A DNA stretch of 64,000 nucleotides, from assembly GCA_025594325.1 (NCBI GenBank), contig JANHCV010000008.1, positions 868,001 through 932,000 on the forward strand, read 5' to 3'. Within the stretch, counting starts at the first letter, position 1. Every line of letters begins with the position of its first letter. A program made the position numbers and the translations under genes. The stretch is from Blastocladiella emersonii ATCC 22665 (taxonomy: Eukaryota; Fungi; Blastocladiomycota). Below the pieces are notes generated by a model, which made no database searches, was not told the DNA's origin, and saw only the letters and a list, made by a program, of their open reading frames with translations. Shown here piece by piece: positions 1-12,192 of the stretch.

Positions 1-2
1 AT

Positions 3-1637
3 CCGCTCGGTGGTCCCAGCTCTACCCACAATGCCCCGATTCCAAGCGCGGGCTCGCCGTCACCCGTGGCCGCTGGCCCTTCACCGCCCTTGCCGGCCAC
101 GGCTGCCGGGCGCCGCGTGCTTCACGAGCAGTCCTTGCTGAAGGTCATGGACCTGCGCATCCAAATGATCCGCTCGGCTCTTCGGCAACGGAAACCCACT
201 TTGCAGCGCGACAAGCGGGCGGAGCTCGAGCGGCAGGGTCTGCGCACCGCCAAGCTTATCGAGGAACTTGAACATCTTGTCAACCGGCTTGAACGCGCTG
301 ACGACTTTGACGGACTTTCAGCCCTTGGTGCACCTGCGACCGAGCGGTTCGCTAGCGACGTTCCTCCTTCGCCAATAACGTGCCCGTCAAGCGTTACACT
401 GCCAGAGCTGTTCCCAAATCGCATATCGCACTCCGAACCTCGAGATTCTCGAGATCCTCCAGATGCCCAAGATTTACGAGAGCCACGCGATCCTCGAGGG
501 CCTCGCGATCCTCGGCGTCGCCCTTCACGCGACAGCAGCCTCTCTCGCAGCCGACCACGATCACGATCCCGCTTACGGTCCCACTCGCGTGCTCGCGCGC
601 CTTCTCGTTCGCCCGAGCGCTTACCCCACCACCCGCGCAACGACCTGCCCGCGCGGCAGCTGACCATCGACGAGTTCCGCATCCTCTTCCACCACATGCG
701 CGACCATGGGCCACGCTTTCGCCAAGTCGAGACGTGTCCGCGCTCCTCGACCAACGACCCGCGCCAGTTCGTCGAATGGGCGCGGCGTGCCGCTTCCGCA
801 CCCGATTGCCAGCCGTGCCCCGTCACGCTCGCCCTCGCGCTGCTTGCTTCCAGCTCCAATGTGCCGTGGCGCGTCTATCACCTGTACTCGGTGTTCCTGC
901 GCACCGAGATGCCCGACGAGCGCGCCGAGCGCATCTTCCTCGACGCGGTCAACCCCGCCCACCCGCAGTACCGCGACTGGGCCGCGCGGTGGCTCAACAT
1001 CCCACGGATGCCCGGCACGCCCGTCTCGGCCTTCTACACGGCGTACCACGCGCTACTCGAAGAAGCCGCGCCGGGCCGCGCCGACGACCTCGAGGGCTCG
1101 TGGCCCATCAAGCTCGCCTTCGCCGAGCGCTTATTCAGCTTCGTCGACCCGAACCCGCAGCACCTGCACCCGATCATCTGGCACCATTCGGGCACCGTCG
1201 AGCACATGAACGAGGTCCTGCGCGGCGTCGTGTTCGCCGACAACGAGCTGACGCGCGGGTACGCGGATGTGCGGCGCGGCGGCGACGGGTGCTGGTTCTG
1301 CCGCCACTTCGTCGACCTGTGCCCGCCATCGGCTCGTACTCATCCGCGCACCGCGTGCCCGCTCATCATGCACCCGTACGCGCTGTCCGAGGCCATCGTC
1401 GCCGCGATGCGGGTGGCGGAAATCGACTGGCCGCAGCTGCAACGCGACGCGCGGCCCGACAAGGCGGCGCTCGCGCGGGTTCATTCGCGGCTCGCGATTC
1501 TTGCACCGCAGTTCCCCGCCGTCAAGCCAGGCAAAGCGGTGCTTGACGCGGTCGGCCAGATGGGCGACCAGCTGCGCGGGCGGCTGCTCAGTTTGGTGGT
1601 GCCCACCATTGACGAGCTGTGGAAGAAGAAAGCATAG
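3..1637 (+). CDS. Gag-derived family member 1 (frame open to the window edge, 5' incomplete)
   Basis: LLKVMDLRIQMIRSALRQR helix; RS linker; core DPRQF...NVPWRVYHLYSVFLR...ERAERIFLDAVNP...WAARWL...IKLAFAERL; knuckle CWFC-x13-H-x4-C; no intron. Confidence 0.85.
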   Translation, partial: PLGGPSSTHNAPIPSAGSPSPVAAGPSPPLPATAAGRRVLHEQSLLKVMDLRIQMIRSALRQRKPTLQRDKRAELERQGLRTAKLIEELEHLVNRLERADDFDGLSALGAPATERFASDVPPSPITCPSSVTLPELFPNRISHSEPRDSRDPPDAQDLREPRDPRGPRDPRRRPSRDSSLSRSRPRSRSRLRSHSRARAPSRSPERLPHHPRNDLPARQLTIDEFRILFHHMRDHGPRFRQVETCPRSSTNDPRQFVEWARRAASAPDCQPCPVTLALALLASSSNVPWRVYHLYSVFLRTEMPDERAERIFLDAVNPAHPQYRDWAARWLNIPRMPGTPVSAFYTAYHALLEEAAPGRADDLEGSWPIKLAFAERLFSFVDPNPQHLHPIIWHHSGTVEHMNEVLRGVVFADNELTRGYADVRRGGDGCWFCRHFVDLCPPSARTHPRTACPLIMHPYALSEAIVAAMRVAEIDWPQLQRDARPDKAALARVHSRLAILAPQFPAVKPGKAVLDAVGQMGDQLRGRLLSLVVPTIDELWKKKA

Positions 1638-2040
1638 TATAAATTGCTCATTCAACTCGGTTCGTTTGAATCGCAGCGAGTACAATTTTGAGCACACCAT
1701 CATCGCGTCCTGCGGACGAATCTTGGGCAGTCAGCGCAACCCGAAGAAGACGGACCCCCGCGATTCACTGAGAGTGTCCGGCGTGTGAGCAATGCACCAG
1801 CACGTGGTCGGCCGCGGTGACCCGCAGCGCTTCGAAGTGCGCGCAGTGGGTGCGTGGGCGCAACTGGAAGGGTTGGTGGCTCATTTGGGCGCCGAGAGAT
1901 ATCAGCGGATGGTGCAGTGGTCGCGGCTGTGGCCACCGGGTATTGAGAAGTAGAGCGAGATCGGCTTGGGGACAAGCGGATGACGGGAGTCGAGATTGAG
2001 CGGCCGCGAGCTGCCTGTGGCTGTTCTGGCAGAGACTTGT

Positions 2041-2940
2041 TCAAGGCAGGGAAGCACGGTCATCGGGAAAGCGCAACGAGCCGAGCCGATTCGCGATATC
2101 GAGCATCGAGTAGTGCCGGCTATCGACAAGCGCATTGAGGCAATCGCTGCGTGCCTCGGGAACGCTCGCAATCTTGTCCAGGAACAACCGTTTGACGTAC
2201 GTGGAACCAACGATTACCCGCGACCGCTGCGAGTTGCGGAACACGTCCAAGACGGCCAGTTTGAACCCATTGACCGTCGTACCGGGCGTCGGTGTCAGGC
2301 GCACCCACTGGTCGATCCACCGCGGCCGCGCGTTCACGTCGAGCGCGCCGAGGAATCGAGTGCTTGCCTCCGAGTCAATCATGGGGAGGAGAATCACGAC
2401 AGCGTACGCGAGGTAAGTGTCCGGGTGCACGTTGGTCTTGACGTAGAGAAGCGCGCGCGCGAGCTGGCCTGCGGGAATCACGGCGCCCATTCGTTTGAGA
2501 AATTCGCGCGGGCTACTCGTACTGTGGCGGCCGGGCGGGGCGGGGATACGGAGGTACGGCCCGCGCGTGCGGACTAGCTCTTCGACTGAGCTCGTGGAAG
2601 GAGTTTTCGGCGGCGTGGGGAGCGGCGACTGCGATGAGGTGATTCGGGAAGCAGCTGGCTGCGCCCGAGGTCGACCAGCAGGTGATTCGCAGCGCGGCGC
2701 TGGCGCACCCACGTCGCTAAAGCGGGCCGTTGTGGAAAGTGGTTGTGCATAATCGGCTGCGGCGAGCCGCCGCTGCAAAGCATCCAATACGCTTCGGAGG
2801 CGCGCTTCGAGCGACGAGCGAAGGGGCTCCTGCTGCAAGTCGCAGGACACTGCCGGTTTGGACTGCAGCAAGTGAGGCACAGCCGGCGCGGCCAGAGCCG
2901 GACCATCGATACATGAGTCGTTTGTATGCAGTGGTTTCAT
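2041..2940 (-). CDS. Gag-derived family member 2, antisense, no clear knuckle
   Basis: SLEARLRSVLDALQRR; SPREFLKRM...LARALL...VHPDTYLAYAVVI...DSEASTRFLGAL...PRWIDQWVRL...YVKRLFLDKI; stops before any CxxC. Confidence 0.75.
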   Translation of the reverse strand: MKPLHTNDSCIDGPALAAPAVPHLLQSKPAVSCDLQQEPLRSSLEARLRSVLDALQRRLAAADYAQPLSTTARFSDVGAPAPRCESPAGRPRAQPAASRITSSQSPLPTPPKTPSTSSVEELVRTRGPYLRIPAPPGRHSTSSPREFLKRMGAVIPAGQLARALLYVKTNVHPDTYLAYAVVILLPMIDSEASTRFLGALDVNARPRWIDQWVRLTPTPGTTVNGFKLAVLDVFRNSQRSRVIVGSTYVKRLFLDKIASVPEARSDCLNALVDSRHYSMLDIANRLGSLRFPDDRASLP

Positions 2941-3023
2941 AGCATCGGAGTGGTTCGTGTGGGATGCCTAGAGCGAGAACGGGCGCGCGCGGTTCGCTGA
3001 CGCAACCGGGTCGCTTCCGAGCA

Positions 3024-3323
3024 TCATGTGACCCGAAATGCGTCTCTTCAGTCCGCGTCTGCCGCGAGCGCACCCCGTGCACGTGCAAGGACCTCGGTTC
3101 AATGGTCGCAGTCCTCATCCGTGTTTACGACGAGGAGCTCGCTGTAACGGGACCGTCAGCGAGGGCCGAACCTTGCCAGGCACAGCTGAGTATGGAATCG
3201 TCCGCGACACTAGTTTTCGCAGTTCACAAACGTTTGATGTGGGTCCTGCCTGTGATCGAGATTTTCGAGCTCAGCAGACATCTCGGCGGCCTCGAGCTAC
3301 GGACGCGTTTCGATATCATGTGA
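3024..3323. promoter_or_regulatory. Divergent promoter region with two TCACATGA E-boxes
   Basis: tcatgtga at 3024-3031 and 3316-3323, each about 85-95 bp from the ATG of divergent members 2 and 3. Confidence 0.55.
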
Positions 3324-3418
3324 GGCCGGCGTGACCCCGAGAGGCGCAATTATGAGGCTGATGAGGCGAGTCGCGGTCTCGCCACGCTCCCCGTCCTCCA
3401 TCCGTCGACCAAAACGCA

Positions 3419-5035
3419 ATGAATCATTATGTAACTGGGCGCAATTCGCTCGTCGGGCCAGCCTCGAAACCCTGTGCCCGTGCGCCGGCGCTTGCTCAAC
3501 ATTTATCCCCGTCCACCGAACCGCTGCTGCCCTTGCCGGCAGTGGCCGTCGACCGCCGGATGCTTCAGGAAAAATTGCTGCTAGAGAAGATGGAGCTTCG
3601 CTTGCGGTCTATACACTCGGTCCTGCACGAGCGCATTTCGGGCGGGCGACGCAATGATTTTGTAGCTTCCACCTTTTCTAGCGTTTGCGGCCTTGCTTGC
3701 ACCGGCGAGCCTTCAAAGCCCCTTGATTGCTCGATTGCCGCGCATCCTGTCCTTATGGGGTCTTGTCCCGACCACGACAGCCGCCCTCACCGCGTTGACC
3801 CGTCGGCCGCCGCTCGTCCGCCTGGAGTCGAGAACGCGGCTCCGCTCGTAGTCGAGAACGTGGCTCCGCTCTGCGACCAATCTTTGTGCAGCGACGAGCC
3901 CGTAGCCCGTGGTCTTACGCGCACTCAATACCTCGAGCGCATATCGATAGACCAGCGGCAACCGTGCCCGTCCTCTCGATCGCAATCTCACGGAGAACTC
4001 CCTCAACTACCTAGCTCTCACTCCGAAGAGCTCTCATCGCACTTGAAGTGCGACGCTCCGGTCCAACGAATGTCCATGAAAGACTTCCGCGTCCTGTTCC
4101 GCCATATGCGCGACCACGGCCCGCTCCTCTGGCAGTTCGATACCTCGCGGCTAAGATCAACCGACGATCCACTCGATTTCATCGCGCGGCTTCGGCGGAT
4201 CGCGTTCGCTCGCGACTGCGCCCCGAGCCCAGTCTCGCTCGCGCTGGCGCTGCTCGCGTGCAGCTCGAACGTGCCGTGGCGCGTCTACCACCTGTACGCA
4301 GTCTTCCTCCACGAGGACACGCCTGACGACGAGGCCGAGCGCATTTTCTTGGACTCGATCGATCCCGCGGACCCTGCGCGTCGCGACTGGGCTGCGCGGT
4401 GGCTCATCGCCTCTCCGCCGGCGGGCTCGTTAGTCTCCGACTTTTACGCATACTTCCACGCGCTGCTCGACGAGGCCTCTTTGGGCCGCGCAGACGAGTT
4501 GGAGAAGACGTGGCCGATCAAACTAGTCTTTTCCGAGCGCGTGCTCCATCGCCTCAACACGAAATCCGCGGCCCTCACCAAGATTCTGTGGAACCAATCT
4601 GGCACCGTGGCGGGCATGAGTGCGGCGCTCAGCGACACCGTATTCCCCAAGGAGAAGCTCCGCCCAGATTTCGCGAATTGGCGACGAGGATGCTGGTTCT
4701 GCCACCGCTTCGCCAAACTGTGCCCGCCATCGGCTCGCGAGCATCCGGGCGACCTGTGCCCGCTTCTCATGCACCCGCGCCCGCTCGCCGAGGTGATTGT
4801 GGATGCTATGCGCCTGGTCGGGATCGATTGGCTCCAGTATAAGCGGGCCGCCAAGCGAGACGAGCTTGCCCTCGACCAGGTCCTCACTTGGCTCGAGGAA
4901 TTGACACGTTACACGCCTACGATTCAAGCGGCCAAGTCGGCTATCGCGGCACTGCTCCAGCTGGTGAAGCGGATTCAGGTCCGAATGCTGAGCATGGTGA
5001 TCCCGGTGCTCGACCGAGCGTGGATCGAGGAGTAA
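3419..5035 (+). CDS. Gag-derived family member 3 (intact; sister of member 1)
   Basis: LLLEKMELRLRSIHSVLHER; core nearly collinear with member 1; CWFC-x13-H-x4-C. Confidence 0.85.
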   Translation: MNHYVTGRNSLVGPASKPCARAPALAQHLSPSTEPLLPLPAVAVDRRMLQEKLLLEKMELRLRSIHSVLHERISGGRRNDFVASTFSSVCGLACTGEPSKPLDCSIAAHPVLMGSCPDHDSRPHRVDPSAAARPPGVENAAPLVVENVAPLCDQSLCSDEPVARGLTRTQYLERISIDQRQPCPSSRSQSHGELPQLPSSHSEELSSHLKCDAPVQRMSMKDFRVLFRHMRDHGPLLWQFDTSRLRSTDDPLDFIARLRRIAFARDCAPSPVSLALALLACSSNVPWRVYHLYAVFLHEDTPDDEAERIFLDSIDPADPARRDWAARWLIASPPAGSLVSDFYAYFHALLDEASLGRADELEKTWPIKLVFSERVLHRLNTKSAALTKILWNQSGTVAGMSAALSDTVFPKEKLRPDFANWRRGCWFCHRFAKLCPPSAREHPGDLCPLLMHPRPLAEVIVDAMRLVGIDWLQYKRAAKRDELALDQVLTWLEELTRYTPTIQAAKSAIAALLQLVKRIQVRMLSMVIPVLDRAWIEE

Positions 5036-5235
5036 TACACGTGGTTTTTGAGGATTCACGTATCGCGCTGATGATCACCTCGAAGCCCGCACACAGGCGT
5101 GTGAAACGCGTAGAGAAATCACGCCATGAAGTGGTGACGCGCGCGGCCTGACTCGTCGCCGCCAAACGCCACGCTGAACGCGGCGCCGACCTCTCGCACC
5201 CGCACCCCAGTGCTGACCGAGCAACCACCCAAAAC

Positions 5236-5436
5236 ATGGAGCAACTTGATGCAACGAATGAAACACACCCGACGCTGGCGGAGTCGCTCGCGATTGAGTG
5301 CGAATGCGCCGCAAAATGTTCGCCTGCGACTCGCCACCTGCAGCGCGTCGCGGTGAGCGGCGACCAGTCCGACATCCGCATCGTCGTGCGCAGCAAGACC
5401 TACGCGCTACATAGCGTCGTGCTTATTCAGAGCCCA
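5236..5436 (+). pseudogene. Possible BTB/POZ N-terminal fragment, truncated
   Basis: SDIRIVVRSKTYALHSVVLIQSP resembles the BTB start pattern sDv.l.v..k.f.lHk.vL..S; the sequence loses similarity after QSP. Confidence 0.4.
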
Positions 5437-7368
5437 CCGCCCAGAACAGGCGCGGCCGCTCTGGGATTCGGGATGGGATCGAGAGCAGAGCGGAGGGAGC
5501 GCGACGCGAGGTCAACAACGACGACAAGCTGGACGAACACCATCAAGTCACCCAACCCACCGTGTTGCTTGCTCGTGGGCCGGGTCGGCCACGCCCGCCG
5601 CCGCGCCGACCACTTGCCCGTCCAGTTTGAGCACCATCTCGATTTTGGCGGCAGGTCCGAGTACCTTGCTCGCTGCGCAGCGAGATCCCAAAGCGAGGCA
5701 GCGAGCGAAGGCGGTTCTCACGGAGGCCAGGAGCAGCGGCGCGAGCAGCGCAGGTGGGGCGGGTGGGACCTGCGCGGGCGCACGGAAACCAGATGACAAG
5801 CACACGCGCGCGAGTGAGCGAGAAGGGAGGCGAGTCCATCGAGACGACGAGAGAGCGCCGCGCCGGTCAAGGGTTGAGAGTGGGGGTGGGTGCTGGCGGC
5901 GGGGGCCGCCAGCACACGATTTTCGATCATACCCTTCACTTGAGGGCAGCAGTAGCAGCGTAGGGGCGCAATGCAACAAGACGGATCACCCGAACCCCTC
6001 AAACGCAGCTGCCGCCGCTGGATCAAGTCTAGGCGGAGGAGTCGAGTTGCCTCCGAGGCGAGAAGGGCGGCGGTCCGAGTCTGCGTTCCAGACGCCAGGA
6101 TCGCATCAATTCGAGGCACAGATGCATGTTGCAGTGGGTCATATATTCCATGAGATGTCATTGCGGGTTTGGCGGGTTTGGTGAAGTCTCGACTTTTGGG
6201 ATGAGTGAGCGGTCGCGATCGCCGCGCGAGCAAGCGAAAAAGCTCGGGCATCAGGTGACAATCGCCTGACCGCTGCGAGACGCGTTTCGAGACGCGCTTT
6301 TGGCGCTGCCTCGGGAGACGGGCAGACGACGCACAACTGCCTCCCAACACCACACGCTTGATTGAGCCCTTGCCGTGTCGCGCAGTGGGTGCATCACGTT
6401 CACATCGCGGAGTACGCACACGCGCGGGGGCCCAGAAGGCACTTGGGCAAAGTTGTTCTATGTATCGTCGGGGAGTAGTGAGCCAAAGCAGTCAGGTCTC
6501 TCTAGTTCCGGGCTGGCAAGCAGGGTTCGAGTCCCTGTCGCATCTCGTCCAGTCCGCGTCATAGTATTGTAAAGGAGCCAGAGTTGCTCTGGCTGCGATG
6601 GTTCGCTACTCCAGTGGAGCAGTTGAGGCTTGGGCCGCGTACGGTGCATGTCCTGCGGCAGACACACACGTATCATGATTGGGCGCCTAGCGTAAGATCC
6701 CGTGGCCAGGTGGTCATCTTAAACTCAACCCGCAATCGTGGCGAATCCACGGGATAGAGGTGGAACAGATCCGGCTCAGTGGCAGTGAGCACGGTGAACA
6801 CAGCAGCTCCCAGCCCCAAGCGGCTGCTCCCTCCCTTTTGCACCTTACAAGAAAGTTGCGTTTACCTAAAGTACATGAAGGCGTGCACCGTACCTGCGTT
6901 TTGAGCCACTGTTACGCCGGATCAGATCAAGAACAGTGGGTCGTCGCTGTTTGCTGAACCTTCCTGAAGCCAGCTCGAGCCGTGTCCAGCGGGCGTATCT
7001 CAGAAATTTCACGCAGAACGTGTGCATGTCATGGCTAGCAAAGTTGCTTAGCTTGCGTACGGCTCTAGTTTGCCGCACCTCAAACGCTGCACAACCCAAG
7101 TGTGGCGGCTCCAAGGTGACTCTGACCAAGGACCAAACTTGAACGCTGCTGCAGCCGTATTCAGACGTGCTTCTTGCCAATTGCCTGACGCTAGGTTGTA
7201 GATCTTTTAAAGATCTATCAAAAAGTATAACAAAGGTTGGGGGTGAATTGAGTCACATAAGGGAGCAATGGGCAGCAAACGTGTCTCGCGCTTGAGTCGA
7301 CCGCACAAGGGCGAAACGATCAGATCGGACGTGGACACCTTCAGCAACTTTTGAGTAGACTATTTCAT

Positions 7369-7581
7369 CTGCAGAATGCCGCTGAGAACGCGCGCATAGG
7401 TCAAAGGGTGATTCCAAACGGGCGTCGTCAACCTCATCGAGTCGTGTCCAAACCGACCCCACGAGGCCAAGAAGACCAGCTCGAGCATGTTCACCTTGAC
7501 CAACTATGTTCGTTCAGCTATCAGCTGCAGATTGCTGTTGAGAACGCGCGCCTAGGTCAAAGGGTGATTCCAAACGGGCGT
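7369..7581 (+). repeat. Two 57-bp direct repeats, 156-bp period
   Basis: ctgcagaatgccgctgagaacgcgcgcataggtcaaagggtgattccaaacgggcgt at 7369-7425; near copy at 7525-7581. Confidence 0.85.
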
Positions 7582-7827
7582 TGACGCGCAAAGTCCCTCG
7601 CCGCAACCCTCTTGCTGCGGCGAGGTCGTGCGACTCCACCTTGCCCGCCGACACCTCGGGCTTCCATTATGGTTGCTCCGCTAGAAAGCCATGCAGCATA
7701 CTATTAGTGAGCAGGGGGCCGTGAAACGGGCTAAAACTGGGGGAGCGAGCTACCGCCACAAGAACGTCTGTCTCTCGCGGGCCGCGTCCACTCTCCCGCG
7801 CAACGCACTCCACCATGCAAACCGCAC

Positions 7828-10437
7828 ATGAATCAAGTATGCAACTCCATGCAACATGCTCTTTACGATCGACCTAACACGTTGCCGCGCGGTGCAGCCC
7901 AACGCGAGCTAGCACAGTGTCGTCGTGTTGTGGAAGGACTGCTCGACCATCTTGGCGTGACTTGGGACGCCCTCGTCGAGCTCCCATTAGCTAGCGACCC
8001 GGCTCTACGCATCAACCTGCGACAGGACGTGCTGATTGACGACCTCAGTGCTTGCCCTTCGGATGTCGTCATTCAGCTGCTCATGAACAACACGCTCCTT
8101 GCACTTGATTCTGCCGAGCGGGCACGCTTTCTTGCTGTTCCTGTCGGCGCTGTGTCTCGGGCCCTTGAAGGTTTTGCTTTGGCGACGAGCGTTCCCCCGG
8201 ATGCGTTGCCAGGCTCGCAAGTTGGTGCTCCCGCCACCGACTCGGCCATGAGCACCGCGTTGCATGCGCTCCGCGACTGGATTTAGGACCGGCTCGCCGA
8301 GACCCACGATTTTGTCTTGCTTCCTTGCGCCGGTGCTGCCAAGGCGCTATACGTGCTCCTCCTGCGACGATTCGATGCCACGATCCACTGCACCGTACAC
8401 CGCTTTGCTGGCTGCTCGCTCTCGGTACGGACTCAACACACTGAGGCTACAATGGCTGCACTTGTATCCGGCGCGTGGGGTGGTTACGCGTGGACTTTGG
8501 GTTGCTCTGCGGCGCACTTGCAACTTCCTAGCGTGTCGCTGCCGCGTGACGTGACGTTTGCGTTTCTTCACTCGCTGCAACACGTCTACCAGCTGTGCTC
8601 CGTAATTTACGACGAGCACGACTTATTGGCTACGGACCAGGCTTTGCCTAGCCACTTTTCGCGTCGCCTTGAGCCTAACGAACTGCTCTTGCGCATTGCA
8701 CAGATCGTGCTGCCTCAGGCTGCTCGATCAGCACATCATCTGCTCCCGCTTACTGTGGAGCTTTCTGCAGAAATCAGCATGTGTTCCTCTTACGGCACGT
8801 CGCGGCAGACCCTTCTTTTCCTCAATGCCTTGCATGGTTCGCCACTTGCTACAATCCTTGCTGTCCCCGTTCGCCAAGAACTGGATATCATTCTTGAGAA
8901 TGGTGAGCCACATTCCTTGCGGTGGAAGCGACGCGCTGTCTCTGTTGTTCCCTCAGCCCTCGCGGAAAATCAGCTTGGAAATCGAGTCCAACCCGGCATT
9001 AGCAGCGTACTGGTACGATGCTTCCACTTTGCGACTGCTGCACTCGCACTAACACCTGACCAACGAGTAGCCTGATTATCTTGGCTCAGCACACCGCAGC
9101 GATCTTGCAACTGGGCTTTCGTTTCCCCCGCGCTCCCCATGTCATTCGGACAGTTCACTTTCATCAGCGCCTGCATCGCCAACGAGCCCTCAGTCGCATG
9201 AGGGCGCGTCTGACCTTCACGCTACGCTGCGCGAAAAGTGTGACCCCGCCACCATGGCGCGCGCGCTTAGTTCCGTTGGGATTGACGCGAGGCGACTAGT
9301 TGCCGCCTCTGCCTCGTCTGCAACAGCGTTTCCGCGCTCTGTCATCTACAATTTAGTCGTACTACGCTCGCTTGATTCCCTTCTCGCGTCCGAACCTGGG
9401 ACACGAGCGGCGACAGACTTTTTGCGCGGGTTTACTTTCTCCATGGGCGTCGATTGGGCCTCGATTCTTTGTCGGCCACACGCGCTTGACGAGTACAAAC
9501 TAATTTGGGCTTCGGTTGGCCCTGCGCTTGGCAACTCACTCTCACATCAACTCAGGGCCTCCACAACGCTTCTTCGCGCCATGGAGCTAGCACCACGGCT
9601 CCTCGTCCTTCTCACATGCCTAGCCGACCATCTACACGAAGCGCTTGATACAGGCAGCATTGACGTCGCACCCGGAACCGACCGCCTTCACATCATGATC
9701 GCCATCGATCGCCTGGACAAGGCCAAGTGGACGCAATGCATCGAATGGTTTTCACGCGTCATGCCCGGCGCCAGTGTGCGCGAGTGTGGCCGCGGCGGGT
9801 ACAACAATGCAAAGCGGGAGCTTCGCGACCTTCGTGCCGCGCTGGAGTCGCATCCACTCGACTTGTTCTTGGAGTTTTTATTCTCTGCTGAATCGCTCGC
9901 CCATTTCCCTGCACTGCTTCCTCACGCAGTCGATCCGCGCGTGTGCTACAGTGCGGGCCGTTCTGCGTCTTTGGCCGCCGTTGCTGACCCAGCTTTCGGG
10001 ACCGCATCATCGACCGTATTGAGGATATCGCGTCCGCCGACGGAATCGCGCCCATGATTCGCGCGGTGCTCATTTTTTCGTGCGCGTACATGGCTTCGCC
10101 TGCTATGCTTGTTGCTTCCTCCGCCGATCCCAACGGACGGACCGACTACGCGCTCGCGTTCGCCAGCCCACCTGCTCGCATCACTGTTCCGAGTTTTGGA
10201 CAGCTCGAAGATAGGCTGCCAGCGTACACGTCACGAGGAACCTGGACAGTTGCGTCTGCAGAGGCAACTACCAACCGTGACGCGGAAATGCGGCGTCGTC
10301 TCTCCCTCGCCCTGTGGAAAAGCGTTCAACCGGAAGATCTTGCACGGGTCCCTATCGGGCTGCCAGGTTGGGAGGAATTCAAGCGCAAGCACGCGGCTGC
10401 ACTTGACACGATTTCTTGTGGAGTGAAGGGAGGCTGA
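7828..10437 (+). pseudogene. Long degraded gene of unknown family
   Basis: ORFs 7828-8286 and 8317-9075 share a frame across one TAG; further pieces at 9254-10057 and 10054-10437; less GC-rich than flanks; unrelated to the Gag family. Confidence 0.45.
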
Positions 10438-10693
10438 TGGTGAAATTTGGTTTTGCGAGATCGGAAAGCGGTGAATAAACTTGAATAGCTTCTCATAACG
10501 TAAAAACAGGCAGCATATTGTTGCTGATTTTTGTAAGCTTAGGCACCGGGCGAAGCCTCACGTCGCTCATTTCCACGTGGCGGGCGCCACCGCCCTGTCT
10601 CAGGGGCACATCTCCCCGCGCGCGCCCCTGCTCCCTTGCGACCCCGACTGGTACATGTAGCACACGGAATTTTGAGCTTTGACTTTATGCAAC

Positions 10694-12192
10694 ATGAAGC
10701 CCAGCGAGCATTCGCGTACCTCCTTGAATGCAGACGCGGAACGAAGGGAAAAGCTGCCAGATGACCCCGCCGCCTTGCGCGCCGTCCACGAGGCCGTGTT
10801 GCTGCGCGCAATGAATTTTCGGCTTCAGCTCATCCGTGGCGTACTTGATGACCGGCGTAGTCGTTCCGCACCCGAGAAATGGCAGAGTCGAATCGCCGAT
10901 CTCAACGCGGCATTGGGTCGCGCGGAAGGAACGCTCGCCTCAATCGAGACGCGCCGCGCCGCGCCGCGCTTGAAGTCCACGGGTCGACGGCCGTATCCTC
11001 TCTGATTTGTGGGGCTGCCCCGACTGTGGCGCGGGCGCGCGACTTGACTGTGGCCGAGAAGCAGCCTGCTCGAAACGATTTCGGTCGCGCAGACAGCCAT
11101 CAAATTCTACCAAGCCGCCGACCTCCGTCACCCAGTCACCAACATGTGCAACCGATGCATCGTCCTACATTTACCCAATTTCAAAGCGACACTCTGTACA
11201 AGCGCGTGATCCATGGCGTTCCTCCGTTTCGGCTTCCCGTGAGTGCCACTATGCGCGCACACCTTCCTTCATGCAGGACCGTATGGGACGCGCGCGAGTT
11301 CCTCGCTCGGCTCCGCGATGCCCTCCCAGGCGCTCCCATGGCCCACGCCCTCTTCGCTGCGCGCAATCGCGTTCCGCACTCTCTCTTCGTCACGTACGCC
11401 GTGTTCTTGCGCACTTGGACGTGCGACGACGACGCCGTTCGCATTTTTCTCGACGCGACGTCCGAGAACTGGAAACGCGAATGGGTACAGCAGTGGCTCG
11501 AGGTGCTACCAGCGGGCGGTAGTCCCGCTGAGGTTTGGGCCTTCTACCACCAGTTTTGCGCGGTATTGGGCATGTCCATCGAGCTGACTCCTGAAATTCT
11601 TAAAGAGGAGCACATCAAACGTGTCTTCGCCAAGAAGGTGTACTACACGCTCCAGTGGGACGTGGCCCCGCTGATTTTGCTCGTGGTCGAGCGCGCATTC
11701 TCGATCAGGGACCTGACCGCCGCTTACATCAAGATTTATGCAACGCCTTCGCATAATCCGTCACTGCCGGTTCCAGGTTCTGCCCCGCCCGTAGCGTGTC
11801 GCTTCTGTCACAGTGGTCTCGCGTACAAAATCCTGGCCCGACCGAACCAGTCATCCCACGACACAGCCAGCTGTTCCCTGCTCGACCACCCCAACGAGCT
11901 CGCTCACTTGCTCCTGGTCTCGGTAAGCGGGTTCAGGCTCGACGCACCGCGAGCGCCGCAGTTGAGCTCGTCGGACGCGGAACTGTTGCAGTTGACGGGT
12001 CAGTGGATCGAGAAACTGTGGGAAACACGAATCCCACGCGGCACACCTCGTCCAGACGCCCAAACCATGAAGTGGTGTCGCGACGTGTTCAAGGAGTTGA
12101 TCGAGCTGCCTGTCGCCATACGAGATCGCGTGCTTCGCGGGTTGTGGGCTGAGATTGCGTCGGCGACTGGGAAGCGGGCGACCTCGACTTGA
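10694..12192 (+). pseudogene. Gag-derived member 4, frameshifted in a (gcgcc)n tract
   Basis: N-helix LLRAMNFRLQLIRGVL in one frame; core and CRFC-x16-H-x4-C in the next; collinear with intact member 42749-44302. Confidence 0.8.
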
